A stretch of DNA of 64,000 nt from Candidatus Entotheonellaceae bacterium (GCA_965238075.1 OZ250173.1:64001-128000), one strand, 5' to 3'; shown: positions 38,564 through 49,384, counted from the first letter of the stretch. Made by a program: numbers and translations. The notes: generated by a model from the sequence alone, not told the origin.

Positions 38564-39496
38564 CTATTGGAACGCTTGCTGGAGACGCGCCACATTCTGC
38601 TGCATGACGCTCAGAAAATCGCCTTGCTCCGGCGTATTCCCACACGGATCGAAGACCAGGCTCTTGACTCCGAGCGCCTGCAGTTTGTCTGCGGAGGTCG
38701 GCAAGGGGTCACCTTCCCATAACATCCAGGCGGCCGCATGCCCCTGCAGAATGGACTTCAACCTCTGCCACTCCTCGTCATCCGGCATCGCCTCGGGCTC
38801 CCACAAGACGCTTTGAAGATTCAAGCGGTAGCGTTTGGCCAGGTACTGATAGACCGGGTGGGAGGCAAGCAAGGGTTGCGTGCGCTGCCGGGCCGCAATC
38901 GTGTCGAGGCGCTCATCCAGAGCCAGCAGGTCTTGTTCGAGCTCGGCGTAACGCCGCTCAAAAATGTCTTTATGCTCCGGGAGCATGCGACTCAGCCCCT
39001 CCGTGACCGCTTGGGCCTGGTGCACAGCTTGGCGAAAGTCGAGCCAAGTGGTAAACGCCGTGCCGGCGTGCGAGTGTTCCCCGGTCGGACCGTGGCTGTG
39101 CGTATCCGTGTCTTGAATCTCGATATAGTCCGCTTTGAAACGCCTGGACGTATCGATCATTTTCGACTTCGGTAACGAGGCGGTTTTCAACCACCTGGCA
39201 TAGGCGGCGCCGTTGATGAGGATCAAATCCGCCGCTTGAAACGCCGCAATCGTTTCCACATCCGGTTTCCAGAAGGCCGGATCCTCGTCAGCCGGAGCCG
39301 GGAACACCACGTGCACCTGTTCGGCCCCGATCCGCTCGGCAAAATACTGCAACGGATAGTTCACGACGTACACCGTCGCCCGGGCCTGGCTCTCCGTCCA
39401 CGCCATCAAGGTGATGCTGATTCCCAACCATGCGAGTATCCCTGAACGCATCAGAGACATCCTGAACCTCCAGTGGCTTTGTTGTTGCGCGATCAC
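38564..39496 (-). CDS. ZnuA-like metal ABC substrate-binding protein
   Basis: YPLQYFAERIG, ADLILING, HSHG..GEHSH loop; start uncertain. Confidence 0.8.
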   Translation of the reverse strand: MIAQQQSHWRFRMSLMRSGILAWLGISITLMAWTESQARATVYVVNYPLQYFAERIGAEQVHVVFPAPADEDPAFWKPDVETIAAFQAADLILINGAAYARWLKTASLPKSKMIDTSRRFKADYIEIQDTDTHSHGPTGEHSHAGTAFTTWLDFRQAVHQAQAVTEGLSRMLPEHKDIFERRYAELEQDLLALDERLDTIAARQRTQPLLASHPVYQYLAKRYRLNLQSVLWEPEAMPDDEEWQRLKSILQGHAAAWMLWEGDPLPTSADKLQALGVKSLVFDPCGNTPEQGDFLSVMQQNVARLQQAFQ

Positions 39497-39678
39497 AGAC
39501 CGCAGATTGGCGAATTGCCGGAACCGCTTTGAACCCTTGCTGGCAAAATTCAGTGACGGCGAACTCTATCCTGCTGCACGTCGCCTTGACCCACCCCGGC
39601 CGCTTCCATAGAATGCGACGACCTGATCCCCGCACCCGAATCTCCCCGGCCCCGAACAACCCAATGGAGAGGTCCCAA

Positions 39679-41112
39679 ATGGCAGCAGCACCCTTGCATT
39701 GGCAGACGATCCGTCAGTTATCGGAACAAATTCACAGTGGTCAATTATCGCCCGTCGAGTTGATGGAACATCTTCTCGACCGCGTCGAGGCGCTCGATGA
39801 CCGCCTGCACGCTTTCCGTCTGGTGCCGCGCGAACGCGCCGCCGCAGGCGCCCAGGCTGCCGAGTTGGCGCTGCGGGCCGGGCGAGACACCGGGCCGCTG
39901 CATGGGATTCCATACGCCGCCAAGGACATCATCGACGTGCAGGGCCTGCCCACCACCGCCGGATCGCCCTTGCTGGAAAACGCCATCGCCGACACCGACG
40001 CCACCGTAGTGCGCCGTCTCAACCAGGCCGGCATGGTGCTGCTGGGCAAAACCCACACGGTGCAGTTTGCGCTCGGTGCGCCGGGTGTCAACCACGATCA
40101 CGGCACGCCGCACAACCCCTGGCACGCCACCCACCACGTCCCCGGCGGCTCCAGCAGCGGTTCGGGCGTTGCGGTGGGGGCCGGTCTTGTGCCCGCCGCC
40201 TTGGGCACCGACACCGGCGGCTCCGTGCGCATTCCGGCGGCCCTGTGCGGTACCGTCGGCCTCAAGACCACCGTCGGCCAGGTCAGCCGGCACGGCGTGT
40301 TTCCCTTGAGTTGGACGTTGGATTCGGTTGGCCCCCTGGTGCGCTCGGTAGAAGACGCCGCGTTTCTCTATCAGGCCATGCGCGGCCCGGACCCGTTCGA
40401 TTCCACCACCCACGACGCCCCGCCCCAGGACGTGCTTACCGGCCTGCACGACGGGGTGCGCGGCCTGCGCATCGCTTTTGTCGAAAACGTCTTCTGGGAG
40501 GATACCGACCCCGAAATCACTAGCGCCGTGCGTGCTTGCGGCGAGGTGTTTGCCAATCAGGGGGCGCACGTGGATAGCCGCCCGTTGCCCGAAGCCGATG
40601 CCTCCCAGGAAGCCAATCAGAGCGGCGTCATCAGTGCCACCGAAGCCTACTTCGCCCATTTGCAGCGCATGGGCGAGCACTTCGAGGAATACGATCCGGT
40701 CGTCGCCTACCGCATTCTCCCGGCCAAAGACTTTTCTGCCGCCGATTACCTGCGCGCCCTGCACGCCTGCACCACCCTGCAGGCCAACATCGCCCGCGCC
40801 CTGCAGGACATTGACGTATTTCTCGCTCCAACCACGATGATCCCCACCGCGCCGTTGGGCGAGGTGGATGCATCGCTGGACGCCTACACGCCCTTCAATC
40901 TGCGGTATTCGCGCAATACCCGCGTGGCCAACGTGCTCGGACTCTGTGCCCTCACCGTGCCCTGCGGCTTCACCAGCGAGGGGCTGCCTATCGGCCTCAT
41001 GATCCACGGCAAGCCGCGCGACGAGGCCATGGTGTTGCGCGTCGGCCAAGCATTCGAGCAGGCTACCGACTGGCATCAGCGAACCCCTGACCTGCAGTGG
41101 ACCGAGCGGTAA
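39679..41112 (+). CDS. Amidase-signature enzyme (GatA-like)
   Basis: GPLHGIP.A.KD, GGSSSGS, GTDTGGSVRIP. Confidence 0.92.
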   Translation: MAAAPLHWQTIRQLSEQIHSGQLSPVELMEHLLDRVEALDDRLHAFRLVPRERAAAGAQAAELALRAGRDTGPLHGIPYAAKDIIDVQGLPTTAGSPLLENAIADTDATVVRRLNQAGMVLLGKTHTVQFALGAPGVNHDHGTPHNPWHATHHVPGGSSSGSGVAVGAGLVPAALGTDTGGSVRIPAALCGTVGLKTTVGQVSRHGVFPLSWTLDSVGPLVRSVEDAAFLYQAMRGPDPFDSTTHDAPPQDVLTGLHDGVRGLRIAFVENVFWEDTDPEITSAVRACGEVFANQGAHVDSRPLPEADASQEANQSGVISATEAYFAHLQRMGEHFEEYDPVVAYRILPAKDFSAADYLRALHACTTLQANIARALQDIDVFLAPTTMIPTAPLGEVDASLDAYTPFNLRYSRNTRVANVLGLCALTVPCGFTSEGLPIGLMIHGKPRDEAMVLRVGQAFEQATDWHQRTPDLQWTER

Positions 41113-41157
41113 GGAGCAGACAGACGATCCATCATCAACCAGGAAGGAACATCACAC

Positions 41158-42261
41158 ATGAAAGCTGCCGTCCTTTCGGAAGTGGGCGGACACCTGCAAA
41201 TCGAGGCCATTCCCCGCCCGCAACCCAAGGCCGGCGAGGTGCTGGTGCGGGTGGCGGCCTGCGGCGTCTGTCACACCGACCTGCACGTCGTCAAGGGCGA
41301 GGTCAACTTTCCGATGCCGTGCGTGTTGGGTCATGAGGTGTCCGGCACCGTGGAAGAAGTGGCGCCCGACGTATCCACCGTGCGCCCGGGCGATGCCGTG
41401 GTGTGCGCCTTCATCATGCCGTGCGGTTTCTGCGACCACTGCGCACGCGGCCGCGACGAACTGTGCACCACCTTCTTTGCCATGAATCGCTTGCAGGGCG
41501 TCCTGTACGACGGCGAGAGCCGCCTGCGGCGGCCCGACGGCTCCAAGCTGGCGATGTACAGCATGGGCGGCTTGGCGGAATACGCCGTGGTGCCCGCTAC
41601 CGGTGTGTTTGCAGCGCCCGCCGGCGTAGCGTTGTCCGACGCCTGCATTATCGGCTGCGCCATGATGACGGCGTACGGCGCCGTCAAAAACCAGGCGCAG
41701 GTGCAGCCGCGTGATACCGTGGCGGTGGTGGGCGCCGGCGGTGTGGGTTCCAACGTCATCCAGGTCGCCCGCGCCTTCGGCGCCGGACAGATCATCGCCG
41801 TGGACGTCCGGGACGACAAGCTGGAAGCAGCGCGCGGCCTCGGCGCCACGCACACGGTGAACGCCGCGCAGGACGACCCGGTTGCCGGGGTGGCGGCGCT
41901 TACTGACGGCCAGGGGGTCGATATCGCCATCGAGGTGCTCGGGCGTCCGGAAACCGTGCAGAACGCCTTTATGATGACCCGCGACGGCGGCCGCACGGTG
42001 ATTATCGGCGTCGCGCCGGGCACTACCACCGCGGCCATCGAGATCACCCGGCTGGTGCGGCGTGGCATCCAGGTCCTCGGCTCATACGGCAGCCGCGTGC
42101 GCACCGACTTGCCGGAAGTCATTGCCATGGCGGCGCGCGGCCAGTTGAGCGTCTCGCAGCCCATCACGCGCCGCTACACCCTCGACCAGACAGACGAAGC
42201 CTATGCCACCCTGAACCGCGGCGACATTATCGGGCGCGCCATTATCACCATGGATGCGTGA
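41158..42261 (+). CDS. Zn-dependent alcohol dehydrogenase (MDR family)
   Basis: CHTD, GHE, CGFCDHC...C, GAGGVG. Confidence 0.92.
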   Translation: MKAAVLSEVGGHLQIEAIPRPQPKAGEVLVRVAACGVCHTDLHVVKGEVNFPMPCVLGHEVSGTVEEVAPDVSTVRPGDAVVCAFIMPCGFCDHCARGRDELCTTFFAMNRLQGVLYDGESRLRRPDGSKLAMYSMGGLAEYAVVPATGVFAAPAGVALSDACIIGCAMMTAYGAVKNQAQVQPRDTVAVVGAGGVGSNVIQVARAFGAGQIIAVDVRDDKLEAARGLGATHTVNAAQDDPVAGVAALTDGQGVDIAIEVLGRPETVQNAFMMTRDGGRTVIIGVAPGTTTAAIEITRLVRRGIQVLGSYGSRVRTDLPEVIAMAARGQLSVSQPITRRYTLDQTDEAYATLNRGDIIGRAIITMDA

Positions 42262-42280
42262 TGCTTCGGGCGATGTCCCT

Positions 42281-43072
42281 TCACGTCACCAGCCGCCGTT
42301 TCAGCAGGCGAATCGCAATCGGCAAAATGACAGCCGTGAGACCCATCATGTACAGCGCTGACCACAGGTGTGTCAGCGCCAGTTGGCCTCTTGCGAACCC
42401 CTGCGCGATGTGCACGCCTGGCGTCAACGGCAGCACCCAGGCCAGGGGTTCCAGAACGTCGGGCAGCACGGCGATCGGGAAGAACGAACCGCTGAAAAAA
42501 TAGAGTGGCGTTGCCACCACGGTGAATACCAGGGAAAGCGTGTGCGTGTTCGGTGACAGCGCCGCGAAGATCAATCCGATAGCGCCGATCTCCATGCCAA
42601 CCAGTATGGCCGCCAGCAGCATGCCGACCGCCCACGGCGACGTGATCCAGCCGAACGCGGCGGCCACTAGGCCCACCGAAACCGTCGTCAACAGCGCGCG
42701 GGTCATCGCCCATGCCACGTCCCCCAGGGCGAGCTCGGTGACGGTGACAGGCGCGGTCAGCACGGTCTCGTAGAACCCGCCGGTGATGCGGTAGAAGACC
42801 CCCCACGAACACTCAAATATAGCGTGGATCATGGCCGAGGCCATGATGATGCCGGGGGCTACGAACACGGAATAGCGCATGCCGTCCTCGACTTCCTCCA
42901 CTAGGCGGCCGATGCCAAACCCCACCGCCACCAATGCGAATGCCGGTTCAACAAGGTACCAGGTCGTCGCCACCTTCCAGATGCGCTTGAGCGCCACGGC
43001 ATGCCGCAGCCACAGCGCCTGCACGCTGCGCCACCGCACGCCGACAATCATGCGTGTTCCTGGTGTCCTCAT
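42281..43072 (-). CDS. ABC-2 permease (NodJ-like)
   Basis: EP..., F.APG, FFSGSFFP, LPLT. Confidence 0.82.
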   Translation of the reverse strand: MRTPGTRMIVGVRWRSVQALWLRHAVALKRIWKVATTWYLVEPAFALVAVGFGIGRLVEEVEDGMRYSVFVAPGIIMASAMIHAIFECSWGVFYRITGGFYETVLTAPVTVTELALGDVAWAMTRALLTTVSVGLVAAAFGWITSPWAVGMLLAAILVGMEIGAIGLIFAALSPNTHTLSLVFTVVATPLYFFSGSFFPIAVLPDVLEPLAWVLPLTPGVHIAQGFARGQLALTHLWSALYMMGLTAVILPIAIRLLKRRLVT

Positions 43073-44061
43073 TCGCCTCCGAGCCCTCTGCCCGCCACCG
43101 CCAGAAACACGTCCTCCAGGTTGCCGGGTCGATAAATGACGCGCGTGCCTTGCAGTGGCGGTATCTGCGGCCGTTGGCCGTTGCGGCCCGCAACGTGAAT
43201 TACCGCGCCGGCCTCGCGCCAGGCGTAGCCGGCCGCGGTCAGCCTGGCCCGGACCTCAGCCCGCGCATCCGTCGTTACGCGTAGCTGCGCCACCTCGTTG
43301 CTGGCGTGCCGCGCGATCAACTCGTCCGGCGTGCCCTCATCCAGAATGCGGCCCAGATGCATGATAGCGATGCGGTCGCACAAGGCCGCTGCTTCCTCCA
43401 TGTAGTGTGTGGACATCAGAATCGTGACGCCCGATGCCTTCAGGGCGGCCAACTTATCCCACACAAGGTTACGGCCCTGCGGGTCCAATCCGGTGGTTGG
43501 CTCGTCGAGGATGATGACGTCCGGTTCCATCATGAAAGCGCGGGCAATCGCCAATCGGCGCTTCATGCCGCCTGACAAGTGATCGATGTCGTCGTTGGCC
43601 CGGTCGCTCAATCCGAAGAACGCCAGCACCTCGGCAGCCCGCCGGCTCGACTCGCGGCGCGACAGGCCCGAGAAGTAACCGTACGTTTCCAGGTTCTGCC
43701 GTACCGTCAGATCGGTATCGAGGCCGTCCTGCTGCGTCACCACGCCGAGCCGCTCGCGCACCGCCCGGCCCTGGCGCGTGACGTCAAGCCCCGCCACTAC
43801 AAGCTCGCCGCTGCTCAGCGGCGACAGGGCGCTCAGCAGGCGCATCAGCGTGGTCTTGCCGGCACCGTTCGGTCCCAGCAGGCCGTAGGTCTCACCCTTC
43901 ATGACGTCGAACGTTACGCCGTCCACGGCCGTCGTGTGGCCAAAACGCTTCACGATATCGCGCCCCCGGATCATCACCTGCGGCTCTGGTCTGAGGGCCG
44001 GTCCAATTGAAATGTCGGTCAATGGATAATCTCGACGGAGTTCAGGGAAGAGATACGTCAT
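43069..44061 (-). CDS. ABC ATP-binding protein (NodI-like)
   Basis: GPNGAGKT, LSGGMKRR, LDEPTTGLD; start uncertain. Confidence 0.88.
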   Translation of the reverse strand: MTYLFPELRRDYPLTDISIGPALRPEPQVMIRGRDIVKRFGHTTAVDGVTFDVMKGETYGLLGPNGAGKTTLMRLLSALSPLSSGELVVAGLDVTRQGRAVRERLGVVTQQDGLDTDLTVRQNLETYGYFSGLSRRESSRRAAEVLAFFGLSDRANDDIDHLSGGMKRRLAIARAFMMEPDVIILDEPTTGLDPQGRNLVWDKLAALKASGVTILMSTHYMEEAAALCDRIAIMHLGRILDEGTPDELIARHASNEVAQLRVTTDARAEVRARLTAAGYAWREAGAVIHVAGRNGQRPQIPPLQGTRVIYRPGNLEDVFLAVAGRGLGGE

Positions 44062-44973
44062 CTGCTTGTCGGGAGGCAGCACGGAGAACTGTATTTTTGC
44101 TCTTCGGGTTTGTCAAATTCCCATGTGAATCTTGAACGTCGCGCCCTCGCCGCGTATGATGCCCCCAAATTTCGCGATTCAGAAAATACGCCAACTCCCC
44201 AGCGTTATTTTTCAATTGGAAACTTCATCATTATGCCTTTTTTGCTGCCACCCCTCTCTCGGCATGGATCGGATTCGGCGTCAGTCTTGCCGTCTGTGGC
44301 CTGATCGTGCTGACCAAGGGCTTGCATGGCTCTTTCACGTTCGATACGGAGGTCGGACCGCAGAAGTTTCATGAGAAAGCCACCCCACGCATCGGCGGCG
44401 CGGCGTTATTGCTCGGCTTCTGGGCGGCCGCCCTATTCACCCCACCGCCCACGCGGCAATTGCTGAGCCTCCTCGGCCTGTGTGGTGCCATAGCATTCCT
44501 GGTTGGTTTCGGTGAGGACCTTTGGAAAAAGACTTGGCCTGTTGTGCGCCTGGGGGCGACTGCCGGAGCCGCCTTGTCGTTTTGCCTCCTCACGGGTTAC
44601 CGCGTGACGCGTCTTGAACTCCCGATTGCTGATGAACTGCTGGTGTTCCCGTTTATCTCCATCGCCTTTACGGTCTTTGCCATTGCCGGGTTGATGAATG
44701 CCGTCAACATCATTGACGGATTCCACGGCCTGGCATCGGGCTCCGTCATTCTCATGACGGGCGCTTTCGGCGTTGTTGCCGCGGTCGTCGGGGACACCCA
44801 ACTCTTTCTGGTCGCGGTCATAGTCCTGGCCGTCTTGTTGGTATTCTTGATGTTTAATTTCCCGTTCGGCTACCTTTTCTTGGGAGACGGCGGCGCCTAT
44901 CTATCCGGATTTTGGCTGGCCTGCCTGGCAGTCATGCTGCCGGAACGCAATCCTGAGGTGTCGGCTTGTCTTA

Positions 44974-45899
44974 GAACTTATCCTTAAATAGAAATAATCT
45001 TCCTGTACGTGATGATAGCAGCGGCCAATTGCAGCAGGGCGACATGGGTCGCATGGTATTTCTCGAACCGAACCAGGAGCTTGCGAAACCGGTTGAACCA
45101 TGAATGGCTCACTTCAACAATCCATCTCCTGGCCTTATAGCCAGGATTGGCTTTTTTCTCCCGAATCTCTTCACCCCGTTGCTTCACGTACGGCACGTAG
45201 CCATGCGAGACGATAATCCCTAAGGCCGCTTTACCACTGTAACCTTTGTCCGCACACAAGTGCTGTTCAAGACCCTGGGGTCGAACCATGACGATTGCTT
45301 CCAAGACCCTTTCGAGTTGGCTGACATCATGCCGGTTCGCTCCAGTTACGACGAGCGATAGCGGGGCGCCACGACCGTCGACCAACAAGTGACGCTTGCT
45401 ACCTTTTTTTCCCCCTGTCGGTGGGGTTTCGACCCACGCTTTGCTGGGCCAGTGGGGCTTTGACCATGGCGCCGTCTATGCTTTGCCATCGCCAGGCGAT
45501 GCCTTCCATGTCGTCGTATTCGGCTAGCCCGGCTCGCCACAAAGACAAGAAGAACCCCGCTTCGGTCCAGCGCATAAAATGGGCATGGATGGCACTGGGG
45601 CTGCCATATGTTTCCTTGGGCAGGGCTTTCCATTGACAGCCGGTGCGCAAGACATAGACGATGGCCTCGAAGACACGTCGTGGCGCTATGGGTTTTCTAC
45701 CGGCGCCGGGTTTGCGCTTGTAGGTCTTGTTCGGGTCGCGTTTGGGGAGTGGTATGAGGGGCTCGACTTTAGCCCAGAAGGAATCCGATACTTCCCACGA
45801 GTGTAGGGTTGCCATAGAGTCTCCATGCGCTCCGGGTTGAACGTGAAGACGAAGACAGGATAGGACATACCAAATACCATGCTATTTAAGGATAGGTTC
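44974..45899 (-). mobile_element. IS5-family insertion sequence, 926 bp
   Basis: 18-bp terminal IRs GAACTTATCCTTAAATAG/CTATTTAAGGATAGGTTC (1 mismatch); TTA target duplication at 44971-73 and 45900-02; DDE transposase. Confidence 0.93.
44984..45815 (-). CDS. IS5-family transposase in two ORFs joined at a G5A7 slippery site
   Basis: OrfA: YVLRTGCQW..LP, SIDG, PTDRGKK; OrfB: GSKRHLLVDG, ADKGY, RW.VE; A7 run at 45404-45410. Confidence 0.9.
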
Positions 45900-46362
45900 T
45901 TAGTCTCCTCATCGTTATCTATCCGGTGATTGAAACGATGTATTCGATTTTTCGCAAGATCGTTCGCCAAAGGCGTAGTCCACTGCAGCCAGTTGGGTTG
46001 CACCTGCACATGCTCGTGCACCGCAGTTTCGCCAAGTCGATAGGTCAAGCCTCGCGTCGTCCCCAGTTGATCAACCCATCGACTAGCGCCCTGCTTGGTG
46101 CCTCTGCCTGCCGGGGCTGCTGATCGCCATTGCCGCGCCGCACCAACAACTGTGGCTGATCGCCGGCATTGCCCTGCAAATTGCGCTGTATTCGGCGGTT
46201 TACCGCGGGGCCTTGGCTTTCCGTTCCTTCCGCTTGGTGCAGTCCACCACCAACGGGCAATATCCCGTGCTATCAGGCAAGGCATCCAAGACGTCACAGC
46301 AAGCTGATTGAGTGCGTAGTGCCGCCTGCTGTTCCTTTCGAAACCCTCATTTAGGAGAACCA

Positions 46363-47505
46363 ATGGGACCGCTCAAGGGGGTGAAAATCATTGAATTCGG
46401 TGGCATCGGACCGGCGCCCATGTGCGCGATGCTGCTCGCCGATATGGGCGCAGAGATTCTGCGCATCGACCGCCTGCAGCCGTCCAACCTGGGCATTCCG
46501 GTGCCGCCGCGTTATGCGGTGATGGAACGCAGCCGCCGCTCGATTGCCGTCGATCTCAAGAATCCCCAGGGGCTGGAGGCCGTGCGGCGCCTGCTGGATC
46601 AGGCGGATGCGTTGATCGAAGGCTTTCGGCCCGGCGTGATGGAGCGGCTGGGACTCGGCCCCGAAACGTGCCTGGCGCGCAACCCGCGTCTCGTTTTTGG
46701 CCGCGTGACCGGGTGGGGACAGGAAGGCCCGCTGGCGCAGGCGGCCGGGCACGATATCAACTACATCAGCCTGACCGGCGCTGCGCACGCCATTGGCAGA
46801 CCGGGACAGCCACCGCCGCCGCCTCTCAATCTGATTGGCGATTTCGGCGGTGGGGCGCTGTATCTGGCGTTGGGCATCGTCGCGGCGCTTCTGGAAACGC
46901 GTAGCTCGGGCAAGGGCCAGGTGGTGGACGCCGCCATGGTGGATGGCGCCGCGTCGCTGATGGCCTCGACCTACGGCATGTACGCCGCCGGCCGGATTGA
47001 CAACCGCCGGGGTGAGAACCTCCTGGACGGTGGCGCCCACTTCTACGATGCCTACGAAACCGCCGACGGCAAGTACATTTCCATCGCCGCAATTGAGGCC
47101 AAGTTCTACGCCGACCTGCTGAACCGCCTCGGCTTGTCCGACGAGGACCTGCCGCCTCAGATGGAGCGCGACCGCTGGCCCGAACTCAAGGAGCGTCTGG
47201 CGAAACTCTTCCGCGCCAAGACCCGCCAGCAGTGGTGCGACATCCTGGAAGGCACGGACGTCTGCTTTGCGCCGGTTCTCGACCTCGACGAGGCGCCTCG
47301 GCATCCCCACAACGTCGTTCGCCAGACGTTCGTCGAAATCGAGGGCGTCAAACAGCCGGCTCCCGCCCCGCGCTTCAGCCGCACCCCGGCGCGCATCCAA
47401 AGCGCACCGGCGGCCCCGGGCCAACACACCGAGGAAGGTCTCCGGGATTGGGGATTTTCTCAGGAAGAGGTGGCCCATTTACGCGCCGCCGAAGCCATCG
47501 CATAG
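46363..47505 (+). CDS. CaiB/BaiF CoA-transferase / alpha-methylacyl-CoA racemase
   Basis: [33 protein letters not shown]. Confidence 0.92.
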   Translation: MGPLKGVKIIEFGGIGPAPMCAMLLADMGAEILRIDRLQPSNLGIPVPPRYAVMERSRRSIAVDLKNPQGLEAVRRLLDQADALIEGFRPGVMERLGLGPETCLARNPRLVFGRVTGWGQEGPLAQAAGHDINYISLTGAAHAIGRPGQPPPPPLNLIGDFGGGALYLALGIVAALLETRSSGKGQVVDAAMVDGAASLMASTYGMYAAGRIDNRRGENLLDGGAHFYDAYETADGKYISIAAIEAKFYADLLNRLGLSDEDLPPQMERDRWPELKERLAKLFRAKTRQQWCDILEGTDVCFAPVLDLDEAPRHPHNVVRQTFVEIEGVKQPAPAPRFSRTPARIQSAPAAPGQHTEEGLRDWGFSQEEVAHLRAAEAIA

Positions 47506-47535
47506 GCAAAACGCAAAACGCAAAACGCAAAACGC
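47506..47535 (+). repeat. Heptamer tandem repeat (GCAAAAC)x4
   Basis: Four perfect copies plus GC immediately after the stop codon. Confidence 0.9.
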
Positions 47536-47558
47536 GACATATCAAAAGGAGAGTCAGA

Positions 47559-47984
47559 ATGGATTTTCCCCAGGCCCGCCCGTTTCTCGAACATCATCAC
47601 TGGGGCATCGTGACCACCCATCAGCGCAACGGCGCCGCTCAAAACAGCATTGTTTACTGCGGCGCGTACCAGGATCAGGCTGTGTTCGTGGCGGTGTACG
47701 GAAAGTCCGCCAAGGTGCGCAACTTACGTCGTGACCCGCGCTGCACCGTGCTTGCCGTATCCAAGGACTGGCGCAGTTGGGTGACCGTGGAAGGCGAAGT
47801 GGAACTGTTTGATTATGCCAACATGGAAGCCGAGAAAATGCGGGTTTTGTTCCGCGAGATGTTTCGCGCCTGCGGCGACCACGAGCATCCCGATTGGGAA
47901 GATTACGACCGTGCCATGGTGGACCAGGGGGCCGTGGGCGTGTTGGTTCGCCCGCAGCGGGTGTACGGCCTGCTTCGCAACTGA
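47559..47984 (+). CDS. PPOX-class (putatively F420-dependent) oxidoreductase
   Basis: AKVRNLRRDPR, GDHEHPDWEDY..AM. Confidence 0.82.
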   Translation: MDFPQARPFLEHHHWGIVTTHQRNGAAQNSIVYCGAYQDQAVFVAVYGKSAKVRNLRRDPRCTVLAVSKDWRSWVTVEGEVELFDYANMEAEKMRVLFREMFRACGDHEHPDWEDYDRAMVDQGAVGVLVRPQRVYGLLRN

Positions 47985-47992
47985 CCCTCGCC

Positions 47993-48811
47993 TCATGCCT
48001 GCGCGACGATAAACAATCGGCGGAAGGGATACAGGGTTTGCCCCCCCGGTCGTTGCGGATACGCGTCGCGCAGCGCCCGCTGGTACGCGTCAAGAAATAC
48101 CCGCCTGTCGGCCTCCCTGAGGCCGTTCAAAATGGGGCGCAAGCCGGTGCCTTTGACCCACTCCAGCACCGGGTTCTGGCCTGTCAAAACCTGAAGATAC
48201 TCTGTTTCCCAAATGTCGAGCCGTTTGCCAAGCGGCGACAGCAGGTCGTAGTAGACCTCGGCGTCCTCGACCCACTTGCGCCGCACCGCGGCCAGCACGG
48301 TTGCATCGCCCACCGGCGTACCGTTGGGTCCGCCGTGTTCGAGGGTATGCCGCATCAAGCGGTGCGACGGTATATCCCAGCTCAGCGGCATCTGCACGGC
48401 CAGGCAGCCGCCAGGGTTGACGCAGCCCATTAGGCGTGGAAACAGGTCGCGATGGCCGTCGAGCCACTGCAGGGTAGCGTTGGAATAAATCAAGTCGGGA
48501 GCCTGGCGCGGCACCCAGTCGCGGATATCGGCCTCCAGCCAGTGTACCGGCGACGGCTCGGCGGCGGCCTGGGCTAGCATTTCCGGTGATTGGTCGAGGC
48601 CGTACACGGTAGCTGAGGGCCACTGTTGCGACATCAGACGTGCGATGTGCCCGGAACCGCAGCCCAGGTCATAGATCACGCACGGCGCGGCAAGGGGCAC
48701 CCGGCCCAGCAGTTCCAGCCCCGGGCGCAGGCGGTGGTCGGCGAACTTCAGGTATTGATTCGGATCCCAGTGCGTCCCGGCCACTTCACCCTGGTGCGGC
48801 CTGCCCGACAT
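47993..48811 (-). CDS. tam: Trans-aconitate 2-methyltransferase
   Basis: WDP.QYLKF...R.RP, DLGCG.G, SNATLQW, GTGLRP, FRRLF. Confidence 0.88.
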   Translation of the reverse strand: MSGRPHQGEVAGTHWDPNQYLKFADHRLRPGLELLGRVPLAAPCVIYDLGCGSGHIARLMSQQWPSATVYGLDQSPEMLAQAAAEPSPVHWLEADIRDWVPRQAPDLIYSNATLQWLDGHRDLFPRLMGCVNPGGCLAVQMPLSWDIPSHRLMRHTLEHGGPNGTPVGDATVLAAVRRKWVEDAEVYYDLLSPLGKRLDIWETEYLQVLTGQNPVLEWVKGTGLRPILNGLREADRRVFLDAYQRALRDAYPQRPGGQTLYPFRRLFIVAQA

Positions 48812-48925
48812 GCTTTCTCCTCTCTCGTACTGTGCCTTGACACGATTTAACGGGGCTGTGATAGTTGCTCCCCGCATTTTGGTTTTCGACCTCTCGACCC
48901 CACCGTGGAAACAGGAGCGCATCTT

Positions 48926-49348
48926 ATGCAGGACTCCAAGCCATCCCGGAGCCGCGGCATTGGCTTCGTCATTGTCTGTATCGTCGTGCTCGGCACTGGC
49001 GTTTACCTGAACGTCGGGTTCAACGGCAAGATCGCCGACTTGCAAGCCGACCTCCATGAGCGTTTCAAAGCGCTGTCAGAGGAAACCACCGGCGTCAAAC
49101 CCGAAATCCAGACGAACCGGGGCGCCTTGACACGGCTTGATGACGGTCTCATCTCTCTCGAATCCCGGGTCAAAAGCGTCTCGGCACTCGCCACGCAGAC
49201 GCACGACATGCTGTTCCAACAAATCGGCATGCAGAAGGAGCGGGACGCCACCCTCAGTGCTCTGGTTGAAACCAACCGCGAATTGCAACGTCAGATCGAC
49301 ACCCTGCTCGGTATTACGCAAGCACAGCAAGAGCAGGCGTCCGAGTAG
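48926..49348 (+). CDS. Membrane-anchored coiled-coil hypothetical protein
   Basis: N-terminal TM helix followed by heptad-rich sequence; AGGAG RBS. Confidence 0.6.
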   Translation: MQDSKPSRSRGIGFVIVCIVVLGTGVYLNVGFNGKIADLQADLHERFKALSEETTGVKPEIQTNRGALTRLDDGLISLESRVKSVSALATQTHDMLFQQIGMQKERDATLSALVETNRELQRQIDTLLGITQAQQEQASE

Positions 49349-49384
49349 TGCGACGGTCAATTCGTTTGCGCTTCAGGGCTTCCG

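Larger units (their letters stand above)
44220..46311 (+). pseudogene. MraY/WecA (GT4) polyprenyl-phosphate sugar-1-P transferase, IS-disrupted and frameshifted
   Basis: TPRIGG, NAVNIIDGFHG, FLGDGGAY; continues in frame after the IS (LLIVIYPVIETMYSIFRK...HLH); further frameshift near 46095; no in-frame start before the first TM segment. Confidence 0.85.

Noticed and set aside
39679-41112. gatA assignment
   Set aside because: No gatC/gatB neighbours; generic amidase-signature enzyme
47506-47535. CRISPR array
   Set aside because: 7-nt units with no spacers; no cas genes in the window
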